Source: an uncultured Verrucomicrobiota bacterium (GTDB lineage Bacteria > Verrucomicrobiota > Verrucomicrobiia > Limisphaerales > UBA9464). From it: a DNA stretch of 64,000 nt. Each line of letters opens with the position of its first letter. Position 1 is the first letter of the stretch. Below are positions 8,569 to 15,525 of the stretch, piece after piece. The DNA lies in contig CAIWAH010000141.1 of assembly GCA_903910585.1 (NCBI GenBank), positions 9,261-73,260 on the forward strand. The letters are read 5' to 3'. Below the pieces are notes generated by a model that had not been told where the DNA came from, did not search any database, and saw only the letters and a list, made by a program, of their open reading frames with translations. The position numbers and the translations under genes are program-made.

Positions 8569-10137
8569 TCACGGGATTGGGGGCGAATCGGCGAAGCCGG
8601 AATAATAGCGGCAGAACGAATCCAGCTTTCCGTCGGGGCGGATGACGTGGGTGCAGCAGCGGTCAATGCGGTCCTGATCCCAAGTCCACGCGTCCATGAA
8701 CGGCTTCACCATGAGACGGAAGGCGACGCTGCCTTTGAGTTCAAGATCCTTGAGCAGGGCGCCAAGCGGTTCGGTTTCGCAGCCGCAGCGGGCGAGGTCG
8801 GCGACGGTGTATTGGATCTTGTTCTGGAGGAAGCCCTGCAACCGGGCGAAGTCGAGGAACTCGCTCACGGAATGCACCTGGCCATTCAGGCGGAGCAGGT
8901 AGCCGATGATCGCGCAGTTCGGATCGCCGCAGGGCAGGGGCGTGAAGTCGTCGCGCTTCAGCCGGCCGGCGCTTTGGGCGAGCGCGGCGAGAAGGATGTC
9001 CGCGGCGTTGAGCCGTTCACCGGCGTCGAGGACAGCGCCCGGAACCGTCCCCGGGCGCAGTGCCTGGACCCCCTCTCCGCCATCCGATGGGGGAGAGGGT
9101 TGGGGAGAGGTGGTGTTCCGTGCGGCCGTTAGGTTCGGAGGCGGCCCCTCTCCCCGGCCCTCTCCCCGCTCGTGCCTCGCGGGGCGAGGGAGAACAGGCG
9201 CGCCAGCGTCCGGCCGCCGGCCGCTGCGGAACATGGGCTGGAAGGTGATGCCGTGGACGATGGGGCGGGCGAGGCCGAACTCGATGGCTTCCCAGACGTG
9301 CGGCAGGTTGTCGGGCGTGACGGTCATCGCGAGTGTCACCGGCAAGTCCATCTCGGCACAGACCGCGAGGGCGCGTTCGCGGGTGCTCCGGAGATCGGCG
9401 CCCCGCAGGAAGTGCTGGGCCGCGGCCTGCACGCCGTCGAACTGGAGGTAGAGCTGGAGTTTGCGGCGTTTGGCCGCGACCGCGAGTTGGGCGGCGAATT
9501 CGGCGTCGTGGGCGATCCGGACGCCGTTGGTGTTGATCAAGGCGTAGTCGATATGCGGATGGCTTTGGACCCATGCGAGCAGTTCCAAGAAGTCCGGGTG
9601 CAGCGTCGGCTCGCCGCCGGAGAGCTGGAGGATTTCGATCTTACCCTTGCGGGCGACGACGCTCTCGATGCGCGCCTTGAGTTCGGGCAGCGGCACGGCG
9701 TCCACCTTGCCGCCGGTGCCGAGCGGCGAGTTGGCGTAACAGGTCGGACAGCTCAGGTTGCAGGAACGGACGATTTCGATCAGCGCGAGGCAGGTGGACA
9801 GCGTCTCGAACGGCTGATCGCCGTGTCCGGCGGCGTTCCGGCCCAGCGAGGCCGGCGCGGAACCTTCGGCGGAACAGCAGCCGGAGCCGGGCGCGCAGCA
9901 GGCGTTGTCCGGATTGCCCTGGGCGAGCCAGTAAAAGTGCGCATCGGTGGCGAGGCAGGCCGACGATTCGCCGTGCTGTGGGCAGGTGCGGCGGAGCACT
10001 ACGCGGCTCGGTGCGACGCCTTCCTTCCAGACTTCGCCCGGGACGGCGGCGTGGCAGACGGGGCAACGGGTTTGGGTGTGCTTGAGGAGCTGGCGCGAAG
10101 GTTGGAGGCTGATGGGGGGCATGAGATCAATGCGCAT
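8569..10137 (-). CDS. radical SAM enzyme, COG1964-like (family of archaeal tetraether synthase Tes/GDGT-MAS, MJ0619)
   Basis: CNLSCPTC (CX3CX2C) radical SAM motif and SGGEPTL. N-terminal rubredoxin-like CPVC..TCPQHG. C-terminal PLPCGDPNC, CGC, and KPFMDAWTWDQDRIDRCCTHV..DGKLDSFCRYY. Start placed at ATG 10137, overlapping the upstream stop by 1 nt (alternative 10122; track start 10236). Confidence 0.85.
   Translation of the reverse strand: MRIDLMPPISLQPSRQLLKHTQTRCPVCHAAVPGEVWKEGVAPSRVVLRRTCPQHGESSACLATDAHFYWLAQGNPDNACCAPGSGCCSAEGSAPASLGRNAAGHGDQPFETLSTCLALIEIVRSCNLSCPTCYANSPLGTGGKVDAVPLPELKARIESVVARKGKIEILQLSGGEPTLHPDFLELLAWVQSHPHIDYALINTNGVRIAHDAEFAAQLAVAAKRRKLQLYLQFDGVQAAAQHFLRGADLRSTRERALAVCAEMDLPVTLAMTVTPDNLPHVWEAIEFGLARPIVHGITFQPMFRSGRRPDAGAPVLPRPARHERGEGRGEGPPPNLTAARNTTSPQPSPPSDGGEGVQALRPGTVPGAVLDAGERLNAADILLAALAQSAGRLKRDDFTPLPCGDPNCAIIGYLLRLNGQVHSVSEFLDFARLQGFLQNKIQYTVADLARCGCETEPLGALLKDLELKGSVAFRLMVKPFMDAWTWDQDRIDRCCTHVIRPDGKLDSFCRYYSGFADSPPIP
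9069..9199. repeat. GC-rich hairpin-forming repeat element inserted in frame in the radical SAM CDS
   Basis: 9071-9099 ccctctccgccatccgatgggggagaggg folds as a ~14-bp stem with 1 mismatch. A second imperfect palindrome lies around ccccgc(9164-9169)..gcgggg(9179-9184). The region translates as ..RGEGRGEGPPP..SPQPSPPSDGGEGV... Confidence 0.7.
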
Positions 10138-10421
10138 CAGTGAGGACGCATGAGCATCCATCCGACACTTTGAAGAAGCACCGAGGCCACAAAGCTGGCA
10201 AAAGACCAAAACCATGCCCGCACATACGGTCGCCAAGGTGATTCAGGCAGGCCGCGAACAATGTGAATGGCTGCCAAGGTAGAGAGAATTGGTGAAGTTG
10301 CCCCAAAGAGCAGCACGATAACCTTAAGATGGGAGGCGGCTCCAACGAGCACGCCAACCGCCGGTGCGACAGTCAGGCTGACCGGCAGGTGCCACCGGTA
10401 AGGGCGACGGGGCGCATTCAT
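10137..10421 (-). CDS. small hypothetical membrane protein (94 aa, about 3 TM)
   Basis: Hydrophobic ORF in operon register, with its stop coupled to the radical SAM start. Local GC is lower (a hand-counted 60-nt line is 57%). Confidence 0.5.
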   Translation of the reverse strand: MNAPRRPYRWHLPVSLTVAPAVGVLVGAASHLKVIVLLFGATSPILSTLAAIHIVRGLPESPWRPYVRAWFWSFASFVASVLLQSVGWMLMRPH

Positions 10422-10452
10422 GGCAAGCGTGGCCGGCTTGGCGGGAAAGTTT

Positions 10453-10749
10453 TCAATGGAAGTTCGGTTGGTAGCCGCTAAGGGAGCAGCCGGTCAGTTG
10501 CAGCCCGAGGGAAAAGATGCCGCAAACGATGGTCCAGCCGAGGGAGTGAAGAACATCCTTTCCCGGAGTTCTGCCGGTGTGCAGGCCCAAGAGGATTCCT
10601 GCCGCCAGGCTTGCAAACGGCCAAAGCATCAGAGCGATTCCCACCGCAGGTTCGGCTCCGCTCAGCGCAAGGAATCCGGGCAGTGCAGTAAGCGCCAGCG
10701 CCCACCAGACTTTGGCGTTTGAACGCGGTTGAGGATCGGTCGGTTCCAT
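10453..10749 (-). CDS. small membrane protein, paralog B (98 aa), C-terminal lipobox-like LTGC
   Basis: MEPTDPQ.. start at ATG 10749. Three predicted TM helices. Shares GILLG..TG..HSL.W..SLGLQ..GC with the neighbouring 98-aa ORF. Confidence 0.6.
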   Translation of the reverse strand: MEPTDPQPRSNAKVWWALALTALPGFLALSGAEPAVGIALMLWPFASLAAGILLGLHTGRTPGKDVLHSLGWTIVCGIFSLGLQLTGCSLSGYQPNFH

Positions 10750-10762
10750 GAGGTGGGGAAAC

Positions 10763-11059
10763 TCAGAAACGATAGTTGACCGCATTGCACCCCATGAACT
10801 GAAGCCCCAAGGAAACCCCGAACGCACCCAGCGCCCAGAGCAGGCTGTGCAAGGCCTTCTCGCCTACCGAGTCGCCGGTGCGGAAGCCGAGCAGAATTCC
10901 CGACACCAAGGACAGTGCGGGAGAGAGAATGAGGTTGGCGATGGTGAACTGCTCGGAGTTGGACATCGTGCCGAGGAGGGCACCGAGGCCCGGGCCGATG
11001 GCGAGCAGGATCGCGATGACGACCGGAGCAGTGCTGCGGGGCGAAGGGCTGGTTTCCAT
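10763..11059 (-). CDS. small membrane protein, paralog A (98 aa), C-terminal FMGC motif
   Basis: METSPSPRS..; same length and conserved C-terminal block as 10453-10749. Confidence 0.6.
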   Translation of the reverse strand: METSPSPRSTAPVVIAILLAIGPGLGALLGTMSNSEQFTIANLILSPALSLVSGILLGFRTGDSVGEKALHSLLWALGAFGVSLGLQFMGCNAVNYRF

Positions 11060-11066
11060 GGGAATT

Positions 11067-11243
11067 CTACTTGTGTCGCCAAATCCGCCAGAGGATCGCG
11101 CTCAGGAGCGTGCCGCTTCCGGCGTAGAAAACGTGCCAGGCGTTCGGGAAAGGCCACTCGAAGCTGGCGAGGAATCCATAGGCACAGAACGTCGCCAGCG
11201 CCGCCAGGGGCAGAGATGCAAAAACCCGGGAGAACGTTGTCAT
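11067..11243 (-). CDS. small hypothetical membrane protein (58 aa)
   Basis: Below the ORF-track size cutoff. Hand translation: MTTFSRVFASLPLAALATFCAYGFLASFEWPFPNAWHVFYAGSGTLLSAILWRIWRHK*. It exactly fills the gap between two operon genes (6-7 nt spacers). Confidence 0.4.
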   Translation of the reverse strand: MTTFSRVFASLPLAALATFCAYGFLASFEWPFPNAWHVFYAGSGTLLSAILWRIWRHK

Positions 11244-11249
11244 GGGAGG

Positions 11250-11801
11250 TCAGGGACTCTGCTTCTTCATCGCCTCGGCATACTTCACGCCGTCGAGGTA
11301 AACTTCGCGGATGATGCCTTGGCCGGAACTGGGAATGGCGACGTCCACGGTGAGTTTGCCGCGGGGATTGCCCGTGCCTTCCCGGACGTAGAAGCGTTCG
11401 AGGCCGTATTCGACCCGGAGGTGATCGGGACTGGCGGACGACCAGGACCATGACGTTTCCGATTTGCCCCGCAGCACGGGATGGTCCGCGTCGGCGGGCA
11501 ACTCGGTGAAGGCGGCCTCGATGGCCCGGTGGAACTCGCCCTGGCGTTCCAGCTTCACGAACACGGGCGTGCCGGCGGGCGGCCGGTTGGTCAGGCCATC
11601 GGTGAAGAGCTTGGCGTCGAGCGTGCTGAGCTCGTAGTTGAGGATCACGTAGTCGCCCCGCAGCAGGTCGCGCGGGTCCACGGGCCGGGTTTCGAGCCGG
11701 ACGACGGTTCCCTGGCTGAGTTTGGCTTCCTGCAGGATGACGGTGCCGATGACCCAGAGCACTTGCAGGCCGACGACGAGGCTGAGGAGTTTCGTTTTCA
11801 T
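11250..11801 (-). CDS. GDYXXLXY domain-containing protein
   Basis: N-terminal TM anchor and the literal motif RGDYVILNY; typical partner of DUF2157 proteins. Confidence 0.8.
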   Translation of the reverse strand: MKTKLLSLVVGLQVLWVIGTVILQEAKLSQGTVVRLETRPVDPRDLLRGDYVILNYELSTLDAKLFTDGLTNRPPAGTPVFVKLERQGEFHRAIEAAFTELPADADHPVLRGKSETSWSWSSASPDHLRVEYGLERFYVREGTGNPRGKLTVDVAIPSSGQGIIREVYLDGVKYAEAMKKQSP

Positions 11802-11807
11802 GGCGGT

Positions 11808-12992
11808 TCAGGCGGGCTGAGGTTCGATGACGGCGAACCGGCGGATCAGGGAGCGGCGTTTGCGTTCCAGATAAACGGCGAGGCCGATGAGGAAGAGGCC
11901 GGTGACGACAAACATCATGCCGGTGGTCTGCATGGAGCCGAACAACTGGAAGTAGGCGGTGACGATGTGCAGGCCGAGGAAGACCATCGCGAGGTTCACC
12001 AGCCACTTGCTCCGCCGGAGCAGTCCCACCTGTGCCTGCAGCAGGCAGAAGGCGAACAGCACCGGCACGGCGATCCAGTGCGGCCCGACCAGACGGTGGG
12101 TTTCCCAGCTTTCGTAACGGCCCTTCAAGGTCAGGCCGAACCACGCGAGTCCAACGAGGCCAAGCTGGGCCACGGTCCACACCCAGCGCCACTGGCGGTC
12201 CGGAATCACACCCAGTCGCGGGACCGCCAGCAGCCACACGGCCACGGTCGCGACGGTCAGCCCGCCGGTGATTGCCCAGGCGGCCGGGGCGACGGCGTCG
12301 GAGCCATAGAACACGCCCAAGGTGAGCGGATAGGAGGCAATGTGCGTGGCCAGCAGGCCGAACTTCTCCGTGGGCGGCCCGAATTCCGGGAACTTCGACT
12401 GCCCCAGCCACAGGCCGAGTCCGGCGAAAAGAATCCCGAGCAGGGCATACAGCATGAATTGGCGGCCTTCCCCGGCGAAGTAGAGCCAACTGTCCTGCTG
12501 ATTGAGTTCCAGCCCCAGCCAGACGCCGAAGATCGTCAGGGCGAGGATATGCTGGGCTTTGGAGCGGAGAATCCACGCCAGCGGCGCAACGCCGGCCAGC
12601 CAAAGCAGAATCGCGTTTGGCGGGCGGGAGGACAGGTTGTAGATCTGGCCGACGAGGGCGATGTTGGCCAGGAACAGGCCGGAGCCAATCAGGTGCAGCA
12701 CCTCCGCCAGCACCGGGTGCCGGCCCGACCGGGCCAGCGCGATCCCACCCACGTGACTGCCGACCAGCAGGCTGACGGCCACCCCGAGCTTCAGCATCCG
12801 CGGGATGTCGTTCCAGTTCGACGCGATCAGCAGGATGATGCCCGCACTGACCAGAATGGCGCCGAGGATGCCGACAATGGTCAGGAAGCGGTTGCTCTCC
12901 CGGTCGAGCCTGAAGTGCTCGACGATGGCGTGCTCCTGCGCCTCGTTGATGAACCCGGCCTCGCGCAGCTTCCGGATGTCGGTGGCGTTCAT
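11808..12992 (-). CDS. DUF2157-type polytopic membrane protein
   Basis: N-terminal soluble segment (LREAGFINEAQEHAIVEHF) followed by about 10 TM helices. Classic pairing with the GDYXXLXY gene, 6 nt downstream. Confidence 0.75.
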   Translation of the reverse strand: MNATDIRKLREAGFINEAQEHAIVEHFRLDRESNRFLTIVGILGAILVSAGIILLIASNWNDIPRMLKLGVAVSLLVGSHVGGIALARSGRHPVLAEVLHLIGSGLFLANIALVGQIYNLSSRPPNAILLWLAGVAPLAWILRSKAQHILALTIFGVWLGLELNQQDSWLYFAGEGRQFMLYALLGILFAGLGLWLGQSKFPEFGPPTEKFGLLATHIASYPLTLGVFYGSDAVAPAAWAITGGLTVATVAVWLLAVPRLGVIPDRQWRWVWTVAQLGLVGLAWFGLTLKGRYESWETHRLVGPHWIAVPVLFAFCLLQAQVGLLRRSKWLVNLAMVFLGLHIVTAYFQLFGSMQTTGMMFVVTGLFLIGLAVYLERKRRSLIRRFAVIEPQPA

Positions 12993-13067
12993 GGCGGCAG
13001 CCTGCCCGAGGCAGCCGTGAGAGCGTGAATTGATTTTCGCGATGGGGACATCACTCGCGGCGTGCCT

Positions 13068-15311
13068 TCAGGTTGTGGCCGCAGTCGCCTTCAGCCGGCT
13101 TTGCAGCTCCCGGTGGTTCACTTTCCCAGTGCCCAGCTTGGGGATCTCCCGCACGACCATGACCTCGCGCGGGACGCAGAGGTTGGTCATGCCCTTGCCG
13201 CGGATGACGCTGCGGATGTCCTCGAGGGTGAGCTTGGGCTGGTCGGTGACGGCGATGAGTTTCTCGCCCTTGTCCTCGTCGGGCACGGCGATGACCGCGA
13301 TCTCGCACTTGAGGCCGAGGTGCGGGAACGCGCCGGCCAGCGCGTCCTCGACGGCGGTGAGGCTGACCATTTCGCCGCTGATCTTCGCGAAGCGCTTCAG
13401 GCGGCCGAGAATGTGGACGAAGCCCTCGTCGTCCACCTTGACCATGTCGCCGGTGTCATACCAGCCGCCGAGCGCCTGGAACTTGGCGTTGGCGTCGGGA
13501 TTCAGGTAGCCGCGCATCACGTTCGGGCCGCGCACGAACAGCTTGCCGCCCTCGGCGACGCCCTCGATGGGCTCCAGCTTCCATTCCATGCCGGGCAGGA
13601 AGCGCCCGACGGAGCCGGACTTGGGTTCCAGCCGTGAGTTGATGGTGATGGCCGGGCTGCACTCGGTCGCGCCGTAGCCTTCGAGGATGCGCACGCCGAA
13701 CTTCTTCGCCCAGGTCTGCACCGTGGCGTCCTGGATCTTCTCGGCGCCGGCGACGAGGAATTTCACCGAGTTGAAGTCGTAGGGATTGGCCCGGCGCGCG
13801 TAGCCGTTGAGGAAGGTGTTCGTGCCGAGCATGACCGTGCAGGCCTTGTCGTAAACGGCGGCGGGAACGACGCGGTAGTGCAGCGGCGACGGGTAGAGGA
13901 AGGTGTAGAAGCCGTTGGTCAGCGGCACGACGAGTCCGGCCATGAGCCCGAAGCTGTGGAAGAGCGGCATGGCGCTGAAGAACCGCTCGTGATCGGTCAC
14001 GTCGAGCACGCCCATGAGTTGGCGCATGTTCGCGAGTAGATTGCCGTGGGTGAGCTCGACGCCCTTGGGCACGCCTTCGGAGCCGGAGGTGAAGAGAATG
14101 ACGGCGGTGGCCGACTGCGGATTGCGGATTGCGGATTGCGGATTGAGTCCCGCGCCGCACGCGAGGGTGTGCTTCACCAGCTTGGTAAGCTTGGTCAGGC
14201 CGGAGACGCCCGCGCGGACGTCTTCTAGGAAGATCAGTTCGATGCCGGCGTCGAGGAACGGCGTGAGTTCCAGCTTCGCTTTCTGGGCGAAGACCCGCGA
14301 CGTGATGACCTGCTTAAGCCCGGCCAATTGGGCGCATTGCAGCATCGTGGGGATGCCGGTTGAGAAGTTCAGGATCGCGGGAACGCAGCCGACCGCCCAG
14401 AGGCTGAGCAGGGTGACGGGCGTGCCGTTCACGTTGGGCAGCAGCACGCCGACGTTCATCGTAGGGCAGGCTGCCAGCCTGCCCGAGGTGTTGGCATTCG
14501 TTGCGCCCGAACTCGCAGACCCGGCGGGCAGGCTGGCAGCCTGCCCTACGTTGAGCCGCTTGCGCCATTCGCCGGCGAGCACGTCCACGCCGACCATCAG
14601 ACGGCGGTAGGTGAGTGCGGTGAAGGAGACATCCTCGAAGATGATCTTCCGGGGCAGCAGGGCGGCGGTTTCGACCACGGCGCTGAGGACATTCTGCGCG
14701 CCGAATTCCATCTCCGCCTCGAACTGTTGCCGGACCATCATGTCGCGCAGCCAGGTCGTGCGGCGCTGGCGGGCGACGCTGTTGGAGGTGCCGTCGGGCA
14801 GCGCCGGGGCGGTCAGGACGTCGCTGAAGTGGGCGCTGACGCGGGGCCGCCAGTGGGTCCAGCCGGTGTGCCGCACGAAGGGCACGCGGCGGGCGTTGCG
14901 CAGGTAGCAGGTGATGACCTTGGCGCCGGTCTTGTGGATCAGGAAACCGGTGCCGTCGAAGAGCTTCATCAGGGAGCCGGTCAGGGTGATGCGGCCCTCG
15001 GCGAACAGCACCAGCCGGCCGCCGGTGGCGAGAAACTCCGCCATGCGTTTGGCGGCGTAGGGCGACGAGGTGTCCACCGGAAAGGTGCGGCGGTTCACCA
15101 TCATCTTTTTGTGCACCCACGTCGTCTCGGCGGTCGTGGCGCTGGTGACGAATTTCCAGTCATCATCCAGCACGGCGTAGAGGAACAGCCAGTCGAGCCA
15201 GGAGACATGGTTCGGGATGAGCAGCACCGGGCCGGGTGTCTTCAGCACCTCGGTATTGAAGGCGCGGAAGCGGAACCAGAGCCGGGCGAACAGAAGGCAG
15301 ACGAGTTTCAT
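13068..15311 (-). CDS. aas: bifunctional 2-acylglycerophosphoethanolamine acyltransferase / acyl-ACP synthetase (Aas-like)
   Basis: N-terminal PlsC-type HX4D (NHVSWLD) and C-terminal AMP-binding core (LFTSGSEGVPKGV, YGATE, GWYDTGD). Carries two in-frame repeat insertions (see repeats). Confidence 0.88.
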   Translation of the reverse strand: MKLVCLLFARLWFRFRAFNTEVLKTPGPVLLIPNHVSWLDWLFLYAVLDDDWKFVTSATTAETTWVHKKMMVNRRTFPVDTSSPYAAKRMAEFLATGGRLVLFAEGRITLTGSLMKLFDGTGFLIHKTGAKVITCYLRNARRVPFVRHTGWTHWRPRVSAHFSDVLTAPALPDGTSNSVARQRRTTWLRDMMVRQQFEAEMEFGAQNVLSAVVETAALLPRKIIFEDVSFTALTYRRLMVGVDVLAGEWRKRLNVGQAASLPAGSASSGATNANTSGRLAACPTMNVGVLLPNVNGTPVTLLSLWAVGCVPAILNFSTGIPTMLQCAQLAGLKQVITSRVFAQKAKLELTPFLDAGIELIFLEDVRAGVSGLTKLTKLVKHTLACGAGLNPQSAIRNPQSATAVILFTSGSEGVPKGVELTHGNLLANMRQLMGVLDVTDHERFFSAMPLFHSFGLMAGLVVPLTNGFYTFLYPSPLHYRVVPAAVYDKACTVMLGTNTFLNGYARRANPYDFNSVKFLVAGAEKIQDATVQTWAKKFGVRILEGYGATECSPAITINSRLEPKSGSVGRFLPGMEWKLEPIEGVAEGGKLFVRGPNVMRGYLNPDANAKFQALGGWYDTGDMVKVDDEGFVHILGRLKRFAKISGEMVSLTAVEDALAGAFPHLGLKCEIAVIAVPDEDKGEKLIAVTDQPKLTLEDIRSVIRGKGMTNLCVPREVMVVREIPKLGTGKVNHRELQSRLKATAATT
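14116..14145. repeat. heptanucleotide tandem repeat (TGCGGAT) x4.3 inside aas
   Basis: tgcggat tgcggat tgcggat tgcggat tg read directly. Encodes NPQSAIRNPQSA on the minus strand. Confidence 0.95.
14460..14550. repeat. 91-nt element with perfect 25-bp terminal inverted repeats, in frame inside aas
   Basis: cgtagggcaggctgccagcctgccc (14460-14484) is the exact reverse complement of gggcaggctggcagcctgccctacg (14526-14550). Each arm is itself internally palindromic. Confidence 0.95.
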
Positions 15312-15377
15312 CGAGTGGCGGGAGAAGAGGCGGGTTGAAGGGGCAAAGTGTTGAAGGGGGAAGCGGTGCGGAGGTGG

Positions 15378-15523
15378 GCGCTAAGCGTCTTGGAGTGCGG
15401 CAGCGGAGCGAAGCGAAGCTGCCGCTTTGGCTGTTGGCCGACAGGGAGTGAAGCGTGGAAGTCCGGCGGGACGTTCATTCCGAAAAGCGGTGGCAAGCCA
15501 CACGCACTCCAAGACGCTGGCGC
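15378..15523. repeat. intergenic nested inverted-repeat (REP/MITE-like) element between lnt and aas
   Basis: The 16-bp core agcgtcttggagtgcg (15384-15399) pairs with cgcactccaagacgct (15503-15518). An inner 8-bp hairpin is gcggcagc(15398-15405)/gctgccgc(15418-15425). Confidence 0.85.
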
Positions 15524-15525
15524 GT

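Noticed and set aside
10137-11243. The small ORFs as classical RiPP precursor peptides for a SPASM-type radical SAM maturase.
   Set aside because: The ORFs are polytopic membrane proteins, not soluble leader-core peptides. The radical SAM C-terminus resembles COG1964 rather than a SPASM/twitch domain. The lipobox-like idea is kept as a separate finding.
14116-14145. Possible CRISPR-like or regulatory repeat array.
   Set aside because: The units are 7 nt with no spacers and lie inside an intact CDS, so this is a microsatellite and not a CRISPR array.
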